64,000 nt of DNA, taken from a virus. The DNA is taken from positions 74,072 through 138,071 of the IMG/VR virus record IMGVR_UViG_3300035670_000033; one strand, 5' to 3'. The notes under the pieces were generated by a model, which did no database searches, was not told the origin of the DNA, and saw only the letters and a list, made by a program, of their open reading frames with translations. A program made the position numbers and the translations under genes. Positions 17,637 to 26,030 of this stretch are shown piece by piece. Numbering within the stretch: the first letter of the stretch is position 1; every line of letters begins with the position of its first letter.

Positions 17637-20501
17637 TTACAATCCTAATAGCAAGTCGGCGATCCTTGATGGATCAACATCGGTCAAATATTTCATTTTC
17701 TTTTGTGGTCTTTCGCCAATTCTGACAACAGCCTGATCTCCAGCCCTTGGATTCGGTGTTCCATCTCCGCCTGTTTTTAGAACATCATTAACCATATTCA
17801 AATATGGGTTTTTTCTTTCGGCTTCGCGAATAGATTTCTGCACATCGGCAACCGCGGCTATTACCTCACGCCTACTCAGTCTCCCCTGTCTAACCTGTTC
17901 GCGAAGAGTTGAAAGCATGTCGTTTCGTCCACCACCGTAACTATCTCGTAGCCACCCTACAAAACCAGCGTCGTCGCCATCAAATGCTTCAAATGCTCTA
18001 CCTCCCCAGTTGACATCAAAACCAAGAGATGGGTCAATTGGAACAAATCGGAGTTTCCCGTTCGCGTCTGGCGCAACAAAAAAGTTACCACCGTGACGAT
18101 CTCTATTAACAATTACAAAGTCCATTAATGTCGCACGAACACGATCAGACGGCTTTATGTCGCCCATATTCGCAACGTCTCTTCCCAATCGCAGTCTTCC
18201 TTCAACATAGTTTCCTGCGTGTTCGTAAACTATTGCGCGACCACCGCTATGTGGTACACCATTCCCGCCTTTTTGTTTGCCGTCTAGTCGCAAACCACCA
18301 ACGGGCATGCCGAAACGACCTGCGAGATTATTGCCGACCATTTCGTGAATATCTTCGTTTTCCGCCTGTGCACCAGCCTGATATTTAAGGAAATACTGTT
18401 TCCCTGTTACGGAATCCGTAAACATGTGCATGTTGTCAGGGATCATTCCGTTAACTCCACCACCAGCATCCTGTTTGCTGAATCTATTCGTCGCACCATG
18501 TAACGCTTCTCCCAAGAATTCGTCTGGTACGTCGGCTAAATCTCCACCTTGTTCTAGGTGAGCGATTGCTTGTCCCTTGGTGTCAATTCCTTTATTTCCC
18601 ACAGGAACGCTTTTCACGTCAGGGAGACCATCTTCTCCTTTGGAATTTAGTTTCTCTGGTGCGTGATCTTGCTTCGCTGAAGGTGGAGAAACATCCCAAC
18701 CTCCTTCGGGCTCTGGTATTTCCGCTGGTCTATCAGGTGGGCGGACTGGAGGTTGTACTCGTGGGGCATTAGGGGCTTCAACATTGTTGTTGGCAACAAC
18801 AGGAGGTCTTTGCCTGAAGGCAATATCCGCCTCAATTTCAACAGCCCTTAATTCAGCAGCGGCAACATTCTCTTTAATTTTTTCTTTTTGCGCCCATGAT
18901 CGCAATAAATTCTCTCGGGCTTCATCTCTTTCTCTTTGATTTCCGTTTTTCTTAGAACGCCAGTCGTCGTATGCTTTATCAAAACCAGTTTGTGCCTGTT
19001 TCAAAAGGTCTTGATATTCATTTTTTTTGCCTAAAACTTGTTCCCTTGACAGGTTGCGCAAATTGTTGTAGGCGTTTGGCTTGTATCTTGCAACTTCATC
19101 TTTGACTATTTTGACCAAATCTTTATCTCCCGGCTGGTCAAACTCTGCATCTGGGTTTATGTCTCTTGCAGGAATCGGTGGTGGACCTGCTGGTCGTGCG
19201 GGTGCTTTTGGTGCGGGCGCTGGCGGTGCAGGCTGTGGCGCTCCTGCCTGTTGTGCAAATATTTGTTGGTTAACAAAATTGCCACGAGCATTACGCTTAT
19301 TGTTGTCACCGTAATAGCGACCGAACCTTCTTTCTAGTTCGGCTCTCTCTTCACCTTCAGGGAAATCTGGTTTACGCCAATACGCATCTTCGGGTAGCCC
19401 GCGAAGATCACCGAAACGGTTACGAACATTGCGAATAGAAGCAGCGTCTGGAACGCTTCCACCCAACTCGTCTGCTGTTGGATTCCATGCGGGTGGATCA
19501 GGAATTGGTGTTGATGGTTTCTGTTGTTCTGGCGGTTTTGGTGCAGGTTTTCTGCGTGGCACCTTCGTCGGTTCGGGTTTAGCACTGTCAACAAAATCTG
19601 CTTCAGGCTTTCTTCTTGCTGTTCGTTTCGCGCCCTGTTGTGCTGCGGCTCGTCGTCGGCGTCGTGGAGCATTCGGTCTTGGTGGTTCACCTGTACGCGG
19701 TGCGCCGGGTTCAACTAATTCTCGTTCCATTCTTCGTGCTTCAGATTCGCGAAGGTTCCCTTGTCGGCGAGGTGCTTTTTTACCTCTACGATTCAGTTCC
19801 GCGTTAACTTTGTCTAGACGTTGCCGTGCGGTAGATCTTTGAACACTGACAGGGAGCATACCGATTCTTCCGTCATCACGAGGTTTGTCCACTGCGTCTC
19901 GCAGAATGTCAACTGCTCGTTGTGCGTCTTGATACTGTTTTTCTAGATCTTCATCACTCATAGTGCGAAGGTTCTCTACATATGGATCTTTGTCATCTCG
20001 TCTCGGAAGTGCGGGAATATCGCGAGTTGGCATTACTGGACGGGCTGGAGGTTGCGCAGGGATTCTTGGGCGTGCTGTTGGTCGTGCCTGTTGCGGAGCC
20101 TGTCCACCCTCAAGTGCTTCTGCAATATTTCTTGCACCACGCTCAAGAAAACCTGGCTTGTTCTGACGAGCCAACATTCGTTGTACACGAGCATTGCGTC
20201 TTGCCAAACGGTCGTTTCGTTTGCGGTCATCAATGTTTTCTAAACGCTCACCGATATCTGCGATTTGGTTTGCAATACGACGTGCAACACCCCATCCGCA
20301 TGAGCGACCAAATCTGTCGGTTATCTGTCCACCGTAACGGGTGCCAACCGGGCATCGCCATCCTCCGCGACGATTCGTTCCGGGGATAGAAAGACTCGGA
20401 TCCCAAATCGCTCTAACGCCTTTTACTTCATAACTGAAAGTACTGGATGTTTGTTCAGAGAGGAAAGTAAGAGCCTTAAAATTTACTTCGTTTTTGAGCA
20501 T
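17637..20501 (-). CDS. Paralog C: shared RCPxG module, Arg/Pro linker, HipA/PI3-PI4-kinase-like domain
   Basis: Same N-terminal module; C-terminal GGGVNG, YFLKY, HEMVG, DFVIVNRDRHGGNF, VPIDPSLG. Confidence 0.82.
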   Translation of the reverse strand: MLKNEVNFKALTFLSEQTSSTFSYEVKGVRAIWDPSLSIPGTNRRGGWRCPVGTRYGGQITDRFGRSCGWGVARRIANQIADIGERLENIDDRKRNDRLARRNARVQRMLARQNKPGFLERGARNIAEALEGGQAPQQARPTARPRIPAQPPARPVMPTRDIPALPRRDDKDPYVENLRTMSDEDLEKQYQDAQRAVDILRDAVDKPRDDGRIGMLPVSVQRSTARQRLDKVNAELNRRGKKAPRRQGNLRESEARRMERELVEPGAPRTGEPPRPNAPRRRRRAAAQQGAKRTARRKPEADFVDSAKPEPTKVPRRKPAPKPPEQQKPSTPIPDPPAWNPTADELGGSVPDAASIRNVRNRFGDLRGLPEDAYWRKPDFPEGEERAELERRFGRYYGDNNKRNARGNFVNQQIFAQQAGAPQPAPPAPAPKAPARPAGPPPIPARDINPDAEFDQPGDKDLVKIVKDEVARYKPNAYNNLRNLSREQVLGKKNEYQDLLKQAQTGFDKAYDDWRSKKNGNQRERDEARENLLRSWAQKEKIKENVAAAELRAVEIEADIAFRQRPPVVANNNVEAPNAPRVQPPVRPPDRPAEIPEPEGGWDVSPPSAKQDHAPEKLNSKGEDGLPDVKSVPVGNKGIDTKGQAIAHLEQGGDLADVPDEFLGEALHGATNRFSKQDAGGGVNGMIPDNMHMFTDSVTGKQYFLKYQAGAQAENEDIHEMVGNNLAGRFGMPVGGLRLDGKQKGGNGVPHSGGRAIVYEHAGNYVEGRLRLGRDVANMGDIKPSDRVRATLMDFVIVNRDRHGGNFFVAPDANGKLRFVPIDPSLGFDVNWGGRAFEAFDGDDAGFVGWLRDSYGGGRNDMLSTLREQVRQGRLSRREVIAAVADVQKSIREAERKNPYLNMVNDVLKTGGDGTPNPRAGDQAVVRIGERPQKKMKYLTDVDPSRIADLLLGL

Positions 20502-22217
20502 TTACGATTTCTTTCGCTCTTTCGCGAGGTCGGGTTTGATGAATGTTTCGTAAAGCCAGCGCGGAGCCTTTCGCTTGACACCATCAGTACCAGTGTATTC
20601 AACAAGTTGAAGTGCATCTGGAATCTCACCACTGTCAACATTGAATTTGAATGCGCCTTCTGACGCGTTAGCAAAATCTTCAATATTTTTTATGATGTTG
20701 TCTTTGTTGCTTGACTCGGCAAGAGAGTTAATCATTCGCGGAAACTTTCGCTTCTCACCGATAGTGAAAGGACGTGATCGTTCAATACTGATGCTCACAC
20801 CGTTGGGCGCAACGAAAGCAATTTTACTCATTGAAGGACCACCCAATAGCGCTAGGTCATCAGCACCTATGTCAGATGGAAGTTGAACTGCGCGAACCAT
20901 TGCACCGTCAACCATGTCAGGGTTCTCACTGAAGGAACGCAAAACCGATGATGGAACTACAGGGCGAAGAACCACTCCATCTCTGCGGATCATTCGTCCT
21001 TCGCCTCGTGGAGCACCCTTCAAAAGACTCACCGCATCCGACACAGACTTGCCGAACCTATCTTTTTGGAAAGCACCTGTTCTTGGTATTTGCGCCATGC
21101 GTTGAATCTGTATGGTGCGCGTATTGCTTGGATTTCCTTCTAATACTTCAGAAAGGTTTTCTGCTCGTGCTTGTGGAAGTCGTGTGGTTGCCCCTCGTAC
21201 CGCGCGAGCGGCTAGTGCGAGTGGTCCTGGTATTTCAAACAGTTGCGCACCACAGGTTGAAAAACGGTTGTCCGTGAATCGTCCACCATATTCAAAACCA
21301 GCAGGGCATCGTGCTTGACGCTTGCGATTGGGCTTTAGTCTACTTAACGCTCCACCGCCCCCACCGGGTACGAGTGCACCATAAACTCGTGAACGGATAG
21401 GTGATGTAAGTGGTGAAATGTTCCCCGGCGTTAGTGCAGAACCAACGGCTTGTGCCGCTCTGCCTGCCGTGCTTCCAGAACCTATAAGTCCTGCTTTCGT
21501 TTCCATGTCCTCTGCATCGTCTTTGCCGACACGGTATCCACCACCACGTTTTTTATATTCACGAACAAGCCAAGCATTAGCGTAAGCAGATGGGTATACA
21601 TTGAATTTCTTTTTTGCTTCTGCTTTGACCCGTGCATAAAGTTCAGGGTCTGTGGGGATATTTTCGCTCTTGAATTCTTCTCCATCGGACTTAAATGTGG
21701 AGACATTGATCGGCTTGTTTTCTTCCCGATCTCCTGTTGTTTCTGCTCGTCGTTTTCTGCGTACCGCTGAATCAATTTCTTCCGCAGACATTTTCATGGC
21801 GGTAGATTTCTTTACACACTTAGGGTATTTACCTGAATCTGCGTCCCCGCGACCGCAAGGTTCAAAACCGCCACCTTTTTTAGGGCGTGAAATGTCAACC
21901 CATTCTTCTTCAAACCATTTGCCCAAACCACCACGCTTGGTTTCATCACCGACGAATGTTTCTGCACCGAGCCTTGAGGAGCGAGACTTCAGGTAAAGTT
22001 TTGCTTTGAAGTTTAGAAGAGTTCTGCTTCCGTCAAGTGGAGTTTTACGAACATCTGATCCTTTAGTAAAAAGGAATTTTGTTTTCGCATTATCAGGATT
22101 AAAATAAAGTTCCTCACCCGAGACAATATTTGTGCGTTTCATGGCAGTTTTCATGCGCATGGACATACGGAGTTTCCTTGCGAAATACTCAAAGTCTTGG
22201 TTGAGGTAGTTGCTCAT
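20502..22217 (-). CDS. Multi-module head-region protein with divergent RCPxG module
   Basis: GGLGKWFEEEWVD..PCGR..YPKC domain, LYARVKAEAKKKF.VYPSAYA..LVREYKKRGGGY domain (DUF5872-like from memory), RCPAGFEYGGRFTDNRFSTCG. Confidence 0.75.
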   Translation of the reverse strand: MSNYLNQDFEYFARKLRMSMRMKTAMKRTNIVSGEELYFNPDNAKTKFLFTKGSDVRKTPLDGSRTLLNFKAKLYLKSRSSRLGAETFVGDETKRGGLGKWFEEEWVDISRPKKGGGFEPCGRGDADSGKYPKCVKKSTAMKMSAEEIDSAVRRKRRAETTGDREENKPINVSTFKSDGEEFKSENIPTDPELYARVKAEAKKKFNVYPSAYANAWLVREYKKRGGGYRVGKDDAEDMETKAGLIGSGSTAGRAAQAVGSALTPGNISPLTSPIRSRVYGALVPGGGGGALSRLKPNRKRQARCPAGFEYGGRFTDNRFSTCGAQLFEIPGPLALAARAVRGATTRLPQARAENLSEVLEGNPSNTRTIQIQRMAQIPRTGAFQKDRFGKSVSDAVSLLKGAPRGEGRMIRRDGVVLRPVVPSSVLRSFSENPDMVDGAMVRAVQLPSDIGADDLALLGGPSMSKIAFVAPNGVSISIERSRPFTIGEKRKFPRMINSLAESSNKDNIIKNIEDFANASEGAFKFNVDSGEIPDALQLVEYTGTDGVKRKAPRWLYETFIKPDLAKERKKS

Positions 22218-22345
22218 TTTGTCAGTTCTTTAGGTGCTAATTGATCTGGCAGGGATTTTCCCATTGCATACTGGGCACCAACCCGCTATCTAAAGAATAT
22301 CAGGTTGATGCCTTCTTGAATATTTGCGTACTTAGACAGTGGCTT

Positions 22346-22546
22346 TCAGCCGTCTTGTTTTACTGGCTCCCAATATCCTCGGGAAAGAACCGAGTCAATC
22401 ATGACTTCCGTTTGGACGCCGTTCCCCATTTGTATGAAACCCATTCTCCTAGACACACCTTCCACAGGGCTGTCATGGGTGTAAAAAAGTTTATCGTTAC
22501 CCCTGTTGGCTATGTGCTGATTGTTGACTAAGTGCTGATTTTTCAT
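22346..22546 (-). CDS. Small protein coupled to the DUF3626-like gene (candidate immunity)
   Basis: 66 aa ending VMIDSVLSRGYWEPV; ATGA overlap. Confidence 0.6.
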   Translation of the reverse strand: MKNQHLVNNQHIANRGNDKLFYTHDSPVEGVSRRMGFIQMGNGVQTEVMIDSVLSRGYWEPVKQDG

Positions 22547-24219
22547 ACAGGCGATTCTTCCTCTACTAATTCTTGTTCTGTCTTCACCACATCCATAATT
22601 GTCCCCGACTGCACATCAAACTTTTGATTTTTCCTTACAGGTGCGACACGAATGCCTGCTTTTTCAAGTTTTTCTCTGATGGTTTCAAAGTCTTTTTCGG
22701 TGACACTGTTACCAAACGGATCGTTGTCGTCAACGGCGATAACGGCAAATTCAACGTCTCCTGTGGATACGCCTCCGTGCAATTGTGCTTCCGCATACTC
22801 AATTTTGTATGGACTCCAAACCGCATCTGCGCTTGGTGTGCCAATAGGTGCTGGTTTGTAGGTAGGTCTTCCGAGACTGTCTCCACCTGTATATGTTGAG
22901 CGCGACTCAATGTCTTTTTTCATCATCAACTGAATGGCACCATAAGTTCTGACTTCGGTCAACGAATCACGGTCAACCTTCCCGTTCTGTGTGAGATATC
23001 CGTAAATAGGACGCTTTGACGGCTCAACACTTGGGTGGTACCCCAACTGAACAGCCTCTGATTGTGCGCGTTGACCAAAATCCAAAGTACCCATAGATGT
23101 ACCTGTTTCAAACTGCGATTTGAAACGACCAGATTCAAGTATCTTGTCCAAAACATCGGGTTGTACTGCAATTGTCACGCGCGAGTTTTCTATGGTTTCT
23201 TTCGCTGTTTGCAAACGACGCTCTTCACTAAAGTTTTCATCAAAGGCGGTGACGTTTCCGGCTCTAGTTTGCGCCTGCCATCTTTTGTGTCTGAGTAAAT
23301 CAACTTGTGCTTCAACAATTATTTTTGTTTCATCTGAATTGAAACCTAGATTTCCGTATTCAGTTGTTGCTATTTTCGCGTAGGCGTCCATCAGATCTGT
23401 TACTTCGCTGTCTGTTGTATTTGGATCTTGAATTAACGGCAAAGAACGATCATATTTATCTTGTACTGAACTTGGGAAAGTCCCAACTAGAAGCATCTTC
23501 AATGGTCTTCCAGTTTCCTTTGCTTCGGCGATGTCATCTGTTGGGGTGCGAACATCATCAAGTTCTTTTTCTTTTTCTTTTTTATCTTTACGCCTTTTCA
23601 GGCTTGCTAGCACAAAGTTTCTTGCGTCAACCGCAGCATCTTTTTTGAGTTTTGACGCAACCGCTTCCAACTGTTCTTTTTTCTTGTCAGATATTTTGCC
23701 TCGTTTATGTAGCGAATCAGAAGCAAAATCCAATAGTTGCCCCCCACCAACCCTTAATAGCATCGCGCTCATGAGTGTGGAATCAGTAAGAGAACCTGAA
23801 CCGTCTACATGCATATAATCTAATGTTTGTAAAGCCAAGAGCGCTGTTGCTTTTGCGCCATTCCTTATATTTTCGTTTTTTAGGATGCCTCTAGCACCAT
23901 CAATGAGTTTCCCAGCCATAGAAGCCGCCCCGCGGGCTGCTGATTCAGCAGAAGGTGTAAGACAGTTTGACATTTGCATGTCGGTAAATTGGTTCGCATT
24001 TGGAGTTCCGGGCGGGCATCGTAGTTTGCCTGATGAGTCAACAATAACACCAGCGGCTCGCGCTGCTCTTACTCCAACAGAACCTAGTTCGGGTTTATCT
24101 TTGATCGTCGGACCAAGAAAACCTTTGAATAAAAGAATGTTATCTTGGACAACTTTCACCGACTGAAAATAGTCGGCTACTCTCTCGTTTGCGTCAAATG
24201 CGCGAGACGATTTGCTCAT
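22543..24219 (-). CDS. Paralog D: divergent RCPxG module plus C-terminal DUF3626-like domain
   Basis: LRCPPGTPNANQFTDMQMSNC; C-terminal GRFKSQFETGTS, RPIYGYL, YG...RSTYTGGDSL, YAEAQLHGGV; SD GGAGGAG before ATG 24219. Confidence 0.72.
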   Translation of the reverse strand: MSKSSRAFDANERVADYFQSVKVVQDNILLFKGFLGPTIKDKPELGSVGVRAARAAGVIVDSSGKLRCPPGTPNANQFTDMQMSNCLTPSAESAARGAASMAGKLIDGARGILKNENIRNGAKATALLALQTLDYMHVDGSGSLTDSTLMSAMLLRVGGGQLLDFASDSLHKRGKISDKKKEQLEAVASKLKKDAAVDARNFVLASLKRRKDKKEKEKELDDVRTPTDDIAEAKETGRPLKMLLVGTFPSSVQDKYDRSLPLIQDPNTTDSEVTDLMDAYAKIATTEYGNLGFNSDETKIIVEAQVDLLRHKRWQAQTRAGNVTAFDENFSEERRLQTAKETIENSRVTIAVQPDVLDKILESGRFKSQFETGTSMGTLDFGQRAQSEAVQLGYHPSVEPSKRPIYGYLTQNGKVDRDSLTEVRTYGAIQLMMKKDIESRSTYTGGDSLGRPTYKPAPIGTPSADAVWSPYKIEYAEAQLHGGVSTGDVEFAVIAVDDNDPFGNSVTEKDFETIREKLEKAGIRVAPVRKNQKFDVQSGTIMDVVKTEQELVEEESPV

Positions 24220-24231
24220 CGTCTCCTCCAA

Positions 24232-24498
24232 CTATTCTTTGCTGGTTTCTGTCGCTTTTGTAAGTGTGGAAAGTGGAACAACATCATCATCCTCTACTGC
24301 TTTTTTAGGAGCCTTCTTCGTTTCCACTTTTTGCTCTACGACAACTTCTTGCTCAACAGTTTCTTCTTTTACTTCAACTTCAATAACCGCAGGAGTATCT
24401 ACCACAACAACATCTGGTGTTGGCTGTATTTCTTCCTTGGTATCAAAGGTTAAGCCAGAAGTACTGACTGAATCATTGATTTGGTTTTTCTTTTTCAC
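24232..24498 (-). CDS. Small low-complexity (V/E/K) protein
   Basis: 88 aa ORF overlapping the upstream stop. Confidence 0.6.
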   Translation of the reverse strand: MKKKNQINDSVSTSGLTFDTKEEIQPTPDVVVVDTPAVIEVEVKEETVEQEVVVEQKVETKKAPKKAVEDDDVVPLSTLTKATETSKE

Positions 24499-25976
24499 TT
24501 ATCCAAACCTGTTTCAATTTCAAGCATTTCAAGTTCCATCAAACTGCTCAAGAACTCTTTTGCTTCATCATCAAGAAGGGTCTTCTCTTCTGACCACTCA
24601 GCAGGAATCATGTCCTCTTTGTCAAGTTCCATTGCACGCTTTTTGATGTGTGCCATTGCCTTGCTCTTGTCTTTTGCGCGACCATAAGCCATGATTGCGT
24701 TCTTGAGGTCTTCCTCGTCCTTGATTGGGTAAGAACCGTCAGCCATAGCCATTCCGCCCTTAGCCATTTCCATGCGCTCATCTTCGTCGTACATTGCCTT
24801 CAAAGCAATGTCGGCTACTTCTTCGTCAATGTCGGCTGCTTCTTCAGGATCGTATTCATCAAAGCCAAGGATTTCTCCGTCTACTCCGACATAAACATCG
24901 TAAGACTTTCCATCCAAACCTTCAATTTCAACTGCGTATGCGTCGTAACCGTCAAACATGTCTGCATCAACGGAAACAACATCGCCTTCAATTGACTTTG
25001 TTGCGATTGCTGAAGCCTCACTGAAAGAAATTACTTTCTGACCCGGAACGGTTACTACTTCACCGATCAGATCTTCGTTAAGAAGATGCCAACCCATGCA
25101 CTCACCGCTTGTTCCGTCAAAGTAAGCCTCAACAGGTTTTCCATCTTTGCGTTGAACATCTACAACGAAGATGTCTACTTCGTCTGCATAGCCTGAGTCA
25201 AGAACTTTTCCTGCGAACATACTCTCAGCCATACCTTCAACTTCAAGAAGGCTTGGCATTGTGTCTTGTTGTTCACATCCACCTGGACATGAAGCGCAGA
25301 TTTCCGAACCACCTGAATAAACGCGACGCTCAATAGCGCAAACAAAAGCAAGATCGTCATAGTCAGCAGACTTGACACCCATTGTCTCCATGCGCTTTGC
25401 GCGTGCCTTCTTGCGCTGTTCCATCATCTTTTCAATCTCGCCATACATCTTTTCTTCTTCATCGTCAAGATCTTCAGGCATGTCTTCTTCGTCGTCTTCC
25501 TCTTCCATTTCCACGACTTCAGCAGGCTTCTTTTTCTTTTTGGTTGAAGAGGTTGACATTTCGTCTTCCATCATCGCAAGATCTTCTTCCAACTTTGCGC
25601 CCTTCTCTTCCGAAGCGGTAACCCATTCCGATTTCTCCACTGGTGTTGCTGCCTCAGGCGCGGCATCTGCTGGAACTTCTTCTTCTGTTTGTGTTACAGC
25701 CTTCGCTCCACACTTGCCACAAACTTTTGCGCCGGGCTTGTAGCCACAGTCTTTTAGTTCTAAACCTTTTGCACACTCAATTCCGCCGTCTGCTAAAAGT
25801 TTTACTGTCGGTGTTTCGCTAGCCATGTTCGTGGACTCCTTGTAGTGCATCGTTTTAGCGATACACCTTGATGGATTAGAGCAAACAGAGCATGGCGTCA
25901 GACGCTTTTCGCCTGACATCAAACACTGATACTTTGCTGTTTTTTGTGGTAAACCTGTTATTGAAGTATAACTCAT
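24495..25976 (-). CDS. Cys-rich, acidic protein with two PepSY-like domains and an actinophage head-protein C-terminal domain
   Basis: Several CxxC clusters; ISFSEASAIATKSIEGDVVSVD...YAVEI..DGKSYDVYVGVDGEILG; AMADGSYPIKDEEDLKNAIMAYGRAKD...HIKKRA...IPAEW. Confidence 0.7.
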   Translation of the reverse strand: MSYTSITGLPQKTAKYQCLMSGEKRLTPCSVCSNPSRCIAKTMHYKESTNMASETPTVKLLADGGIECAKGLELKDCGYKPGAKVCGKCGAKAVTQTEEEVPADAAPEAATPVEKSEWVTASEEKGAKLEEDLAMMEDEMSTSSTKKKKKPAEVVEMEEEDDEEDMPEDLDDEEEKMYGEIEKMMEQRKKARAKRMETMGVKSADYDDLAFVCAIERRVYSGGSEICASCPGGCEQQDTMPSLLEVEGMAESMFAGKVLDSGYADEVDIFVVDVQRKDGKPVEAYFDGTSGECMGWHLLNEDLIGEVVTVPGQKVISFSEASAIATKSIEGDVVSVDADMFDGYDAYAVEIEGLDGKSYDVYVGVDGEILGFDEYDPEEAADIDEEVADIALKAMYDEDERMEMAKGGMAMADGSYPIKDEEDLKNAIMAYGRAKDKSKAMAHIKKRAMELDKEDMIPAEWSEEKTLLDDEAKEFLSSLMELEMLEIETGLDK

Positions 25977-26030
25977 AATAGTGTTTTGTTTCTGCTACAA
26001 ATGGAACCAATACAAAAACCGTATGATTAT

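Noticed and set aside
22218-22345. Possible hidden gene or RNA in this gap
   Set aside because: Only a 16-codon ORF and no convincing structure.
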